A stretch of 64,000 bases of DNA from Marinicella sp. (lineage in GTDB: Bacteria > Pseudomonadota > Gammaproteobacteria > Xanthomonadales > Marinicellaceae), in the NCBI GenBank assembly GCA_965230295.1, contig OZ246001.1, forward strand, positions 3,392,001 through 3,456,000. The letters are read 5' to 3'. Made by a program: the position numbers and the translations under genes. Numbering within the stretch: position 1 is the first letter of the stretch; each line of letters opens with the position of its first letter. The notes beneath the pieces are model-generated. The model had not been told where the DNA came from. It saw nothing but the letters and a program-made list of their open reading frames with translations, and did not search any database. Below, in pieces: positions 52,461 to 62,198 of this stretch.

Positions 52461-53365
52461 AAACACCATTTCTTTTAATGATTTGCTGGTCAGCTTTGAG
52501 TTTTGCGCAACACCGCAATGACTTACCACCGGTGTTGTCCCAACAAGACAATCAGTCTGCTCATTTACAGTACGCCAACGAACCCTACCGAATCACAGTT
52601 AGCCCAGCAATGGGACAACAATACCGTGCTATGGGAAGTCCAAAAATACTGTTATTACTGGGCAGAAAGCTTGGCAGTGAATTATCAGAGTGGCAGGCCG
52701 ACACCCGTGACACCATAACCACCATGAATCGGGCTTATCAAGGCACTCATCAAGCCAAAGACAGCCGAGACACTCATCGGATGACGGAAAAACGCAAAGT
52801 CATCAGCGTCAATGTGACGCCAGGCATGCAGGCATTTTACAAGGGCTTTACTGACTACATGCAAGCTGCCAACATCGGTATGGTCAGTTATGATTCAATT
52901 GTCAGACAAACACAGAGAAAGAATGAATTAACTGGTACCATTGATCGCAGCACTGACTTTCGGGAAGTGGAAGCCGATGCCATCCTCAATCAGGTTGATG
53001 TTTTGGTTGAAATCATGGATGCGGGATCCGTAACCGTACTGGGTCAACGAATAGATAGGGTACAAGTCAATGTCACACGCATGGATACCTTTGAGACTTT
53101 GTCACAACATGTCGGGCAAGGACCTGAATATTATGAAGTCAAAGAACAATGGGTGGCTGGTGATGCAGGCTATGAACAATTGAAAACAGTGGTATTACAT
53201 CATGCAGATGTGGGTTTTCAGTTGGCAGAAACAATGCTCTCGAAAGCCTTATTGCGGCCCTACAAACCACGCACTCAGAACACGACTGTTATCAATCAAT
53301 CCAAAACACCTATCAAGAAGAAAAAGCGGGTGTTGCCACCCAAAGGCAATGTCCCAAGAGAGTGA
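52457..53365 (+). CDS. Hypothetical secreted protein
   Basis: Signal peptide (LSFA), ATGA coupling to the upstream gene, basic C-terminal tail. Confidence 0.7.
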   Translation: MKTPFLLMICWSALSFAQHRNDLPPVLSQQDNQSAHLQYANEPYRITVSPAMGQQYRAMGSPKILLLLGRKLGSELSEWQADTRDTITTMNRAYQGTHQAKDSRDTHRMTEKRKVISVNVTPGMQAFYKGFTDYMQAANIGMVSYDSIVRQTQRKNELTGTIDRSTDFREVEADAILNQVDVLVEIMDAGSVTVLGQRIDRVQVNVTRMDTFETLSQHVGQGPEYYEVKEQWVAGDAGYEQLKTVVLHHADVGFQLAETMLSKALLRPYKPRTQNTTVINQSKTPIKKKKRVLPPKGNVPRE

Positions 53366-56300
53366 ACATGATCAACAGAACCTGTCTTTGTTTGTTGTTA
53401 CTACTTGGTCTGACATTGAACTGTCAAGTTCAAGCCAGCAGCGAAAGAGAACAAGAAATCGATGCGATCAAAACACAATTGAAAAAAAATCGCAGCGATT
53501 GGTGGAAACTTTCCGGTAAGATTCAACACCATTTAGACAATAAGGTCACCAATGTGGCTGATCGAAAACTGATCGGATTGGCAAAAATATTGGGTCGTCA
53601 ACAACAATTGAATGAAGATTTGGCGGCTTTGGAAGCAGAGCGAGCAGACGCATTCAAACGCTGGCAAAAGGAACATCCCACCAAAACCCGTGAAGATTGG
53701 CGCACAAGTGGTGCTGAATGGGCAGCCAATACCCGCATCAATGAGCGCGTGAATCAGATCTGGAGCCAATACATCAGAGATCAAGAAAATTACCGCCATC
53801 GGGTGCTGCCAGGTAAAGACGGAGAGTTGGCTGATCTGCAGTGGCAACAAGATGTTTTGTTGGACCAAAGGCGCCGGTTGATAGAACAGTTGAAACGTTT
53901 AGAAGCCATGACCGACGATGCTTATTTGCGACAAAAAGCCCCGATAATTGGCGCCAAGCCACTGCAGCTAGAATTGTTGGGCAACAGTGTCAGACATGTT
54001 AAAGGGGGGAAGCCTGAAGCCGTTAAATTTGTCATCAGTGGTGGAAAACTACCCATGGTTATGGCGTACCGCAATGCCAAGGGGACACTCAGTTACTTCA
54101 ATGTTGATCGGCGGGGCCAACATGAAGTGGTCATGAATTTTACCGGTGCAGACCAAAGTGGTATGCGCATTTTCCGGCTTGAGGACAATGATTTTCCCAG
54201 GAGCTTTCAATCATTCACCGTTTCCTTCATGGTGCTTGATGAGGGCAAGAAAGCTCCAGATAAAGCCACTCCAAGTGGAAAACCAGGCCCCACACCGACA
54301 CCAGTCGGCATATCTGGTACCAGCACATCGGTTGCTGATCGTGATGGTGACGGGGTTCCCGATGATCAGGACAACTGTCCAGATGTTTACAACCCATCCC
54401 AGGCAGACAGCGATCATGATGGTGAAGGTGATGCCTGCGAGCCACAACCTAAAAAGCCGGCAGATCCGATTCCGCCGCTGTCAGTTGAGTTCACCTGTGG
54501 CAAAGCATTTGAGTTGTCGCCCAATGATGTGTTGTACCCCAAAACCTGTTATGTGGTCGTTCGCAACGCACCCACAACCCATGAAAAGGTCCAACTGAAA
54601 GCCATCTATGATGAAAAACTGCTTGATGTGATTTTTGATGAACAAGCCGAACAAGCCAAATACCCAGAAAACAAATTCTTATTGATCATCAGAACTTTGG
54701 TCACAGCACCACCTACCTTAACGACCTTAACTTTAGTGGTCAGGCAAGGGGGGCAAGAAGTGGTTAAATACATAGATGTGTTGATTTTGTTACCTGAGCA
54801 GGAACCCAGTTCTGGTTCGGGTATCCGACCAGCTGCGGATGTGGCGGCAGGTTCTGGGGGTGCATTTTGTGTTTGGCGTTATAAATCATTTGGCGATCTG
54901 CCAAAATGTTTCAACATTGTTACTGCACAATGTGACAACACCAAATATGCCGGAAAGACCCGGTTTGAATTGGTGGGCAATAACATGACAGCAGAAGAGG
55001 CGGCATTCCGTGCGTTTCAACTCAGTCCATACAAAGGAGATGCCTATGGGTGTCACGCCCAGCAGACTCAGCCTCCGGTGATCAAAGACCGTGATCATGA
55101 TGGTGTATCAGATGACGAAGACAATTGTCCGGATCACCCCAATCCGTATCAACAAAACAGCGACCAAAATCCTGCCGGAGATGTGTGTCAACCCCCACAA
55201 CCAGAACCAGTACCTGACCCCGAACCAACCACAGACAAGCCAACCCAGGATCCTGTAACAGAGGCAGATTGTTCGGCATACCCGGGAACTGTTTCTGTCT
55301 GGCATGAAGCCACTCAATCGGCCGGGTGTGTATGCCCAGGCAATGATGATTGGTCAGATGCCCTACAACGTTGTGCTTCGGATACAGAGGATCAAATAGC
55401 CAACACTGACTGTCGTGGTTATGGGCCACAATCCATAGCTCAATGGGATCAGGCCAGTCAACAAGTGATGTGCGCATGTATGGCAGGTTATGAATTTGAT
55501 GTGACAGATCAGTGTGTGCCAGTCAGTCAAACAGGTCCTTGTGAAGCGTATCCAGGCACAGAATGGGCCAATGGGCAATGCCAATGTCCAGGCCTGTTGG
55601 AATGGTCAGACAGTCAAGGTCAATGCTTACCTTTGGCTGATCTGGCCAGTCATGACATCAATTGCACCGCGTACCCCGGAACGGCTGCGATGTGGGATTC
55701 AGCGCAAGGACAATGGCGCTGTCAATGTGTTGGCACCAAAAAATGGTCTGCAACTTTAGGAACATGTGCTTATCCTGAAGATGAACAAGTGGCAGCCACC
55801 GATTGTTCAAACTATCCAGACACGACGGCTGAATATGATGCCTTCACAGGAGGGGTGTTGTGCCGTTGTAACCAAGCGGGTCTGGTCTTGTCTAAGAGTC
55901 AAGGAAAATGTATGGCACCTGTGGCCGCTGCGGTGGCCGATCATGATTGCAGTGCCTTTGGGATCGGGGCCCAAGCCATGATCAGTTCAACCAACAGAAC
56001 ACCACATTGTGAGTGTGTCAGTGGCTATCACATGAATGCAGCAGGAACTTCATGCTTGGCCGATTCTGGTGCAGGCACAGTGGTCGGACAAGAACCCACC
56101 AGTCCCCCTGATGTGGTCAAGGATGGTACATGTGATGCATTAACACGTGCTGGCAGCAATGCAGCTGAACGGCATCGATTTAACATGGTGGGCAAGACCC
56201 AGTTGAGTCTGACCTATGAAACATTCACCGCCGAAGATAATGTGCGGGTTTTGAATGCAGCAGAGCAATTGCTGTGGCAATCTGGATGTGTAGGCACCGA

Positions 56301-56421
56301 TGGCAATGCCATAAAAGTGATCAATTTATCTCCAGGAACCACAGAAATATTCATCGATATCCATCCCAATTGTGCCGGTGACACCAGCACCAAATGGAAT
56401 TTTACGGCATCCTGTCAGTGA
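53362..56421 (+). CDS. Large secreted Cys-rich protein with thrombospondin type-3 and EGF-like repeats
   Basis: Signal peptide, coiled coil, two DxDxDG..D..DNCP...NP.Q blocks and six 4-Cys repeats. Confidence 0.8.
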   Translation: MNMINRTCLCLLLLLGLTLNCQVQASSEREQEIDAIKTQLKKNRSDWWKLSGKIQHHLDNKVTNVADRKLIGLAKILGRQQQLNEDLAALEAERADAFKRWQKEHPTKTREDWRTSGAEWAANTRINERVNQIWSQYIRDQENYRHRVLPGKDGELADLQWQQDVLLDQRRRLIEQLKRLEAMTDDAYLRQKAPIIGAKPLQLELLGNSVRHVKGGKPEAVKFVISGGKLPMVMAYRNAKGTLSYFNVDRRGQHEVVMNFTGADQSGMRIFRLEDNDFPRSFQSFTVSFMVLDEGKKAPDKATPSGKPGPTPTPVGISGTSTSVADRDGDGVPDDQDNCPDVYNPSQADSDHDGEGDACEPQPKKPADPIPPLSVEFTCGKAFELSPNDVLYPKTCYVVVRNAPTTHEKVQLKAIYDEKLLDVIFDEQAEQAKYPENKFLLIIRTLVTAPPTLTTLTLVVRQGGQEVVKYIDVLILLPEQEPSSGSGIRPAADVAAGSGGAFCVWRYKSFGDLPKCFNIVTAQCDNTKYAGKTRFELVGNNMTAEEAAFRAFQLSPYKGDAYGCHAQQTQPPVIKDRDHDGVSDDEDNCPDHPNPYQQNSDQNPAGDVCQPPQPEPVPDPEPTTDKPTQDPVTEADCSAYPGTVSVWHEATQSAGCVCPGNDDWSDALQRCASDTEDQIANTDCRGYGPQSIAQWDQASQQVMCACMAGYEFDVTDQCVPVSQTGPCEAYPGTEWANGQCQCPGLLEWSDSQGQCLPLADLASHDINCTAYPGTAAMWDSAQGQWRCQCVGTKKWSATLGTCAYPEDEQVAATDCSNYPDTTAEYDAFTGGVLCRCNQAGLVLSKSQGKCMAPVAAAVADHDCSAFGIGAQAMISSTNRTPHCECVSGYHMNAAGTSCLADSGAGTVVGQEPTSPPDVVKDGTCDALTRAGSNAAERHRFNMVGKTQLSLTYETFTAEDNVRVLNAAEQLLWQSGCVGTDGNAIKVINLSPGTTEIFIDIHPNCAGDTSTKWNFTASCQ

Positions 56422-59113
56422 TTTTTTGCAGCAGGGTCATGCATTTTTTGGTGAGGAAATTGGCTGACCCTTTTTTGTTATGCAAGGTGTCACAGGCTTG
56501 GCGGGTCAATGGTTCATCAGGTTGATTTTGAATGAACTTGACCATCGACAAGGCATAGTTGGTTTCGCCCAACAGCCAATGATCTGGTGGTAGTTTTTGT
56601 TGTCTGATGTCCAATGCCTGTTGGATCAATTGGCGTCCTGCTTCCAAATCTCCCAATGCCACCTTGGCTCGACCCAGGCCCAAATAACTGTAAGACAGGT
56701 AAAGGTGATCTGCAGGTAAGGTTTTTTGACGTATTTCTAATGATTTTTGTAACATGTCATGGGCTTGTTGAAATTCATTCAACTCTAACAAGGTATTGGC
56801 CATGTTGGTGTACACCGAAGCCGTTTGAGGATGATCGACACCACGGGCAGCAATGATGGGGTCACTGATGTCCTGATAAATGGTGATGGCTTTGGAAAAT
56901 TCTGCATTTTCATGGTAAACCATGGCCAAATTATTCCAGGCATCATTGATTCTCATGTGACCCGGTTCCAAAGTCAGCTGCCTGATTTCCAGAGCTTGTT
57001 GCAAATAGGGCAGTGCCTCATTGGGTCTACCTGCATCGTTGAGGAGTAATCCCATGTTAGTCAGCGACTGGGCTTGCTCTGGGTGTGCAGTGGTAAATAT
57101 TTGATCACGAAGATCAATGGCTTGTAGGAAAAATTGCTCACCCCTTTCCAGATTCCCTTGCATATAGTTAGCCAATCCCAGGTTGTTGATATTGGTTGCA
57201 TAGTCGGTATCTAAAATAGGTAAGGGTTTGTCGCCCCACAGACTTTCTCTGATTTGTTTGGTTTCCAGTAAGATTTCTTCGACTTGCTGGTATTTGCCTT
57301 GCCTGAAATAAACAGCAGTCAAATCATTCAAGCTTTGGGCATATAGCTTGTGGTTTCTGCCGTACAGTTGTTCGTGGAGTTCAGTGGCCTCTGTACCCAA
57401 TTGTTCAGCCTCGGCAAAGGCACCTTGCAGCATTTTGACCCGTCCCAATCGGCTTAACACAGATGCGATACCCTCTTGATTGTCTTCCGCATTGACTTGG
57501 TACATTTCGAGAGACTTCCTGAGCCAAGATTCCGCCACATCATGATGGGCCATCATGCGTTGATTCTCACCGAGCATCAACATGCCTTTGGCTAACGCAG
57601 ATGGAGTTTGATCAGGCAAGCTGGTTCTTATGGCATGGGCATCTTCGAGTACTTGTTGTGCCGTGTTGAAGTTGCCAAGATTTTGATAGGTGTGGGCAAT
57701 TTCTTCGAGCAATTCTGCTTCAACCTCGGTTGGCGTGGTGAAAGTATCCCTGACTTGCTGCAAGCCCATATCCAACACTTCAGTCGCGGTCAATTCTTGC
57801 CCGGGTTGTTTGTTTGGGTTAGCTACATTGAACACGTCAACCAACAAGTCTTTCACTGTTATGGCTTTGTCTCGCTCTGCAGACAGGGCTTGGTTATGTA
57901 AATCAGTCATGTACGCAAAGACACCAAGCATGATGGCAATAGACGCGGTGAAAAACATCAATAATTTATGTCGCCTGACATAAGAACTCACCCGATATGA
58001 CAGGGTTGATGGCCGAGCCTCGATACAATAACCGTTTTTATATTTGTGTAAATCATCTGCAAGGGCTTGAGCGGTTTGGTAACGATCCTCAGGTTTGACC
58101 TTCAACGCCTTGGCCACAATGAATTGTAAGTCAGAGCTGTAAACGCGATTTAATTGCCCATAACTGCTGTTTGTATGATGGATCAATTGCTCAATATGTG
58201 GTTTTTGACTGTTCAGAATGTGCCATTGTTGAGTCAACAATGGCCAATGGTGTTTTGCTTTCTCAATTTGATCAGGTGACAACTGAAACAGCAGCTCAAA
58301 CAACAATTGCCCCAACTGGTGAATGTCTGTGGAGGTGATGATTTTTTCACCTTGGTCGTGTTCAGGTGTTTTGTAATCAACTGAGTAACCTTTGATTTCA
58401 TCATGGTGTTGGTGCATCATTCTGGCGATACCAAAATCCAGCAACTTCACTTCCCCATCTTCATTGACCATGATGTTTGATGGCTTGATGTCACCATGAA
58501 TAACCAAATGCTGGTGTGCATATTGTATGGCATTGAGCACCTGACTGAATAATTTCAAGCGTGCAGATAAGGACAAGCGCTTGTTCTGGCAATAGCTCAC
58601 AATATCTGTACCTTTGACCAGTTCCATCACAAAATAGGGTTGACCGGCTGAGGTGGTGCCCGAATCATACAGTTGAACAATGTTGGGGTGAATCAAGCTG
58701 GCCAGAATTTCTTTTTCATGGGCGAATAGGGCTTGATTGTGATCAAAATTCAGATCAATGGGCATCATCTTGATGATCACTTCTCGCTCAAACTCACCAT
58801 CAGCTCGTTGGGCCAGGAAAATACTGCCCATACCACCTTGTTTTATGAGATTTTTGATTTGGTATGGGCCGATATGAAAACCTCTGAAGCAATGTTCTTC
58901 GATTTCATTCAATTGGGTTTGAGAGATGTCATTCTCAAGTGTGGCAAAAAAATCTTCAGAAGCCAGTTCATGGGCTAACAACTGATCCACTTGTTGCCGC
59001 AAAACCATATCTTCTCCACAGGCTTCAGCTAGGAATGTTTGCTGTTCTTCGCCAGATAACTCTGCTGCCTGCAGAAAAATTTCCATGACTTGTTCGGATG
59101 GGCCATGACTCAT
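56402..59113 (-). CDS. Membrane Ser/Thr protein kinase with periplasmic TPR array
   Basis: GGMG, VIIK, HPNI, HGDIKPSN and DFG motifs; one TM; many TPRs. Confidence 0.92.
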   Translation of the reverse strand: MSHGPSEQVMEIFLQAAELSGEEQQTFLAEACGEDMVLRQQVDQLLAHELASEDFFATLENDISQTQLNEIEEHCFRGFHIGPYQIKNLIKQGGMGSIFLAQRADGEFEREVIIKMMPIDLNFDHNQALFAHEKEILASLIHPNIVQLYDSGTTSAGQPYFVMELVKGTDIVSYCQNKRLSLSARLKLFSQVLNAIQYAHQHLVIHGDIKPSNIMVNEDGEVKLLDFGIARMMHQHHDEIKGYSVDYKTPEHDQGEKIITSTDIHQLGQLLFELLFQLSPDQIEKAKHHWPLLTQQWHILNSQKPHIEQLIHHTNSSYGQLNRVYSSDLQFIVAKALKVKPEDRYQTAQALADDLHKYKNGYCIEARPSTLSYRVSSYVRRHKLLMFFTASIAIMLGVFAYMTDLHNQALSAERDKAITVKDLLVDVFNVANPNKQPGQELTATEVLDMGLQQVRDTFTTPTEVEAELLEEIAHTYQNLGNFNTAQQVLEDAHAIRTSLPDQTPSALAKGMLMLGENQRMMAHHDVAESWLRKSLEMYQVNAEDNQEGIASVLSRLGRVKMLQGAFAEAEQLGTEATELHEQLYGRNHKLYAQSLNDLTAVYFRQGKYQQVEEILLETKQIRESLWGDKPLPILDTDYATNINNLGLANYMQGNLERGEQFFLQAIDLRDQIFTTAHPEQAQSLTNMGLLLNDAGRPNEALPYLQQALEIRQLTLEPGHMRINDAWNNLAMVYHENAEFSKAITIYQDISDPIIAARGVDHPQTASVYTNMANTLLELNEFQQAHDMLQKSLEIRQKTLPADHLYLSYSYLGLGRAKVALGDLEAGRQLIQQALDIRQQKLPPDHWLLGETNYALSMVKFIQNQPDEPLTRQACDTLHNKKGSANFLTKKCMTLLQKITDRMP

Positions 59114-59616
59114 GTCGATAGCCTTTGGAACAGCAGGGTTTTAGCCATTGTCCAGTCTCGTTTTACTGTTGCCAAAGAGATGCCCAATGCTTCTGCTGTT
59201 TCAGGTAAGGTTAAGCCGCCAAAGAATCGACAAGTAACCGTATCAGCCAGGCGTTTGTTTTCTTGTTCAAGATTCGATAACGCTTCTTCCAAAGCCAAAA
59301 TATCTTGGCTGCGGCTGGCAGACACCAAATCGACTTGATCAAGGGTTAATTCATTGCTGAATGCGCCTCGTTTTTTTGCACTCCAAATACGGGCATTGTC
59401 AATAATGATGTTCCTCATGGCGACAGATGTGAGGTAAAACAACTCATTTTTATTGGCAACTTCAGTGTTGTTTTTAATCAAATTTAGATAGGCTTCATGA
59501 ACGATGCTGCGCGTTCCAAGATTATTCTTACTGTACACACGACTGCGCTGAACACGAGCCAGGCGCTTAAGGTCGTCATAGATCTCAGGCAGTAGTTTAT
59601 CCAGTTCTTGTGCCAA
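59110..59616 (-). CDS. ECF sigma factor of the kinase-associated type (EcfK/EcfP-like)
   Basis: IYDDLKRLAR, VHEAYL, MRNIIID.AR...AKKRG, RFFGGL and TVKRDW motifs; stop overlaps the kinase start. Confidence 0.9.
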   Translation of the reverse strand: MAQELDKLLPEIYDDLKRLARVQRSRVYSKNNLGTRSIVHEAYLNLIKNNTEVANKNELFYLTSVAMRNIIIDNARIWSAKKRGAFSNELTLDQVDLVSASRSQDILALEEALSNLEQENKRLADTVTCRFFGGLTLPETAEALGISLATVKRDWTMAKTLLFQRLST

Positions 59617-59683
59617 TAAAAATTCCCCAATGATTGTTTATTTTTCTATTATTATAAAATCGAATGGGTGGTGCGTGTAAATT

Positions 59684-59923
59684 ATTTAAGGGATGTTCTT
59701 GGGGCTTCATTCTGGTTCATGGTCTGACAGGTCTTCATATTTGCTGCGCAAATAAACCGACCTTTACAGACTATTGTCTGAGCAGTTGCTTCGCACTGCA
59801 TGCCTGTTCCTGACAAAAGTGAAAGCGTCCACTGCGAACATAGCATACTACCTCGCGCTCTTCGCCTCTGATTCGCTACGCTCACCAACCGTCTCAGCGG
59901 GTCAAGCTGCTCAGCAGCTTTCC
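59684..59923 (-). repeat. Structured non-coding repeat, right (inverted) copy
   Basis: Reverse complement shares the 24-bp outer end, the GCGAGGTAG..ATGTTCGC segment and the 141-bp core with 49525-49962. Confidence 0.9.
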
Positions 59924-59949
59924 CTTGTTGGTTTTACAACACCAGCTGC

Positions 59950-61779
59950 TTATTGATTGGCTTTGGGGTGCAGAAAATCATAGATGGTTTGTGCCATTTT
60001 ATTGCTGATCCCGGATACTTGACTGATGTCTTCAAGGCTGGCCTTGTTCAGGCCTTGAATACCCCCGAAATGCTTCAGGATCTGATTGCGACGTTTTTGA
60101 CCAACTCCTGGAATGTCTTCTAAAGTTGAAGTGGTGCGCGATTTTTTATAGGCCTTGCGATGGCTCTTGATGGCAAAGCGATGGGCTTCATCACGAATGA
60201 ATTGAATCATCAATGACAACAAACCATGACTTTCCGGTTTGATGAACTGCTTGGTTTCAGGTAAATAAATGCGTTCTTCTCCGGCCGTGCGGTGATCATC
60301 CTTGGTCACTCCTATGACCCTGATTTCAGTGATGTTGTGTTCGGCCAGAATGGCCAGTGCTTGGTTGACTTGTCCTTTGCCTCCATCAATGACAAAAGCA
60401 TCAGGAAACCCCAGTTTGCTTTTCTGAATGCTGGCCAGGCGTTTCTCAATCACTTGCCTCATGGCCGCATAATCATCAGCTGCAGTGATGTTTTCCATGA
60501 TGTATTGACGGTATTGCTTTTTAACGGCGCCTTGCTCATCAAACACCACACATGAAGCTCTTGTGTGTTCGCCCATCTGATGGCTGATGTCAAAGCACTC
60601 AACGCGTTTAGGCACTTCATCAAAACCCAATTCAGAGACCCACAAAGCCCATTTGTTTTGCCAGGTTTGGTATTTGTTGGCCTTGATGGTGAGGGCATTG
60701 TTCATGTTTTCTTCGGTTTGTTTCAGCAATTTCAAGCGATTGCCTCTGGGTTTGGAGGTGAGAAACACCTTCTTTCCCTTGATGGCGCTGAGGATGTCAG
60801 CCATTTCATTTTTGTCACTGGGGTCGATGTTACTCAGGATAGCGTCAGCAGTGATCTGATCGTCATAGTATAAACCCATGAATGCATATAAAAAATCTGG
60901 CAAAGGAGTCTCTTTAGGTGTGGCTGGATAGTGATTTCGGTAGCCCATGAATTGTCCATTTCGCACAGTGCCAACAGTGGCGATATACAAATTACCTTGC
61001 TGGTTAACGGTGATTAAATCAAAGTTATCTTCCGGCAACAGTTCTACCGATTGTTTTGACTGGATCATGCGAATGGCTTTGATTTGATCACGAATGCTGG
61101 CCGCTTGTTCATATTGTTGTGCTTCTGCCGCGGCTTCCATTTTGGTCATCAATGAGTCAACCACTTGATTGGATTTGCCTTCGATGAAGTCAAAGGTGTA
61201 TTGCAGTTGTTGTTGATAATCCTCCTGGCTCACATAGCCGACACATGGGGCCGTACAGCGATTGATTTGGTGTTGTAAACAAGGTCTGGATCGATTTTGA
61301 TAGGTACTGTTGTTACATTGTCTGACTTTGAATACTTTTTGTAAGAAATGCAACGAATTGCGGACATAGGCGGCACTGGGAAATGGTCCAAAGAATCGCC
61401 CTTTGGCTTGTTTTTTTCCTCGACGAAACTCTAACAAAGGAAATTCATCGACACCTTCTGAACAATAAATATAGGGATACGACTTGCCGTCTTTGAGCAG
61501 GACGTTATATCTAGGGTTGTGTTTTTTGATCAGTTGATTTTCCAGCAGCAAAGCTTCTGCTTCTGATCGTGTGATGTGAAAGGCCATGTGGTCAATGGCA
61601 GCGACCAGGGCCATGGTTTTGTTGTCTTTGGCCTTACCTGTAAAGTAACTGCCCACCCGGTTTTTCAGGACCCGTGCTTTGCCCACATAAATGACTTCAT
61701 CAGCGGCGTCAAACATTTGGTAAACACCAGGAGATTTGGGTAAGTTTTTAACAAACTTTTTGTGGTCAAATGCCGCCAT
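59950..61779 (-). CDS. uvrC: Excinuclease ABC subunit C
   Basis: GVY...YVGKA GIY-YIG domain, ECFDISH, IDGGKGQ, RDEAHRFA and HhH motifs. Confidence 0.96.
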   Translation of the reverse strand: MAAFDHKKFVKNLPKSPGVYQMFDAADEVIYVGKARVLKNRVGSYFTGKAKDNKTMALVAAIDHMAFHITRSEAEALLLENQLIKKHNPRYNVLLKDGKSYPYIYCSEGVDEFPLLEFRRGKKQAKGRFFGPFPSAAYVRNSLHFLQKVFKVRQCNNSTYQNRSRPCLQHQINRCTAPCVGYVSQEDYQQQLQYTFDFIEGKSNQVVDSLMTKMEAAAEAQQYEQAASIRDQIKAIRMIQSKQSVELLPEDNFDLITVNQQGNLYIATVGTVRNGQFMGYRNHYPATPKETPLPDFLYAFMGLYYDDQITADAILSNIDPSDKNEMADILSAIKGKKVFLTSKPRGNRLKLLKQTEENMNNALTIKANKYQTWQNKWALWVSELGFDEVPKRVECFDISHQMGEHTRASCVVFDEQGAVKKQYRQYIMENITAADDYAAMRQVIEKRLASIQKSKLGFPDAFVIDGGKGQVNQALAILAEHNITEIRVIGVTKDDHRTAGEERIYLPETKQFIKPESHGLLSLMIQFIRDEAHRFAIKSHRKAYKKSRTTSTLEDIPGVGQKRRNQILKHFGGIQGLNKASLEDISQVSGISNKMAQTIYDFLHPKANQ

Positions 61780-61784
61780 CCAGA

Positions 61785-62198
61785 TTACAAATTGGCTTCA
61801 ACCCAACCAGATTCTCCATTGCTGTATTGTTCGTTTTTCCAAATAGGTACTTCGGCTTTGGTTTGGTTCAAAATATACTCACAAGCTTCAAATGCGGCTT
61901 TGCGGTGGTTGGCAGAGACACCTACCCACACCGCCATATCTCCAACTTTCAATTCACCAACACGGTGGCAACAACAGGCCTCATTGATGTCAAATTTTTT
62001 CATCGCGTTGTTGATGATTTGTTGGCCTACTTTTACAGCCAGCTTTTCATGGGCTTCATAATGCAGTTCAACGACGTCTTTGTTTTCATTGTGGTTGCGA
62101 ACCCAGCCTTCAAAACAAACGAAACCGCCGCTTTTCGGGTTTGTGGTTTGGGCTTTAAGTGCTTCAGGGTCAATGGGTAGTTTGCTTAAAGTAAACAT
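61785..62198 (-). CDS. moaE: Molybdopterin synthase catalytic subunit
   Basis: FEGWVRN, HRVG.L, HRKAAF and PIWKNE motifs. Confidence 0.93.
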   Translation of the reverse strand: MFTLSKLPIDPEALKAQTTNPKSGGFVCFEGWVRNHNENKDVVELHYEAHEKLAVKVGQQIINNAMKKFDINEACCCHRVGELKVGDMAVWVGVSANHRKAAFEACEYILNQTKAEVPIWKNEQYSNGESGWVEANL

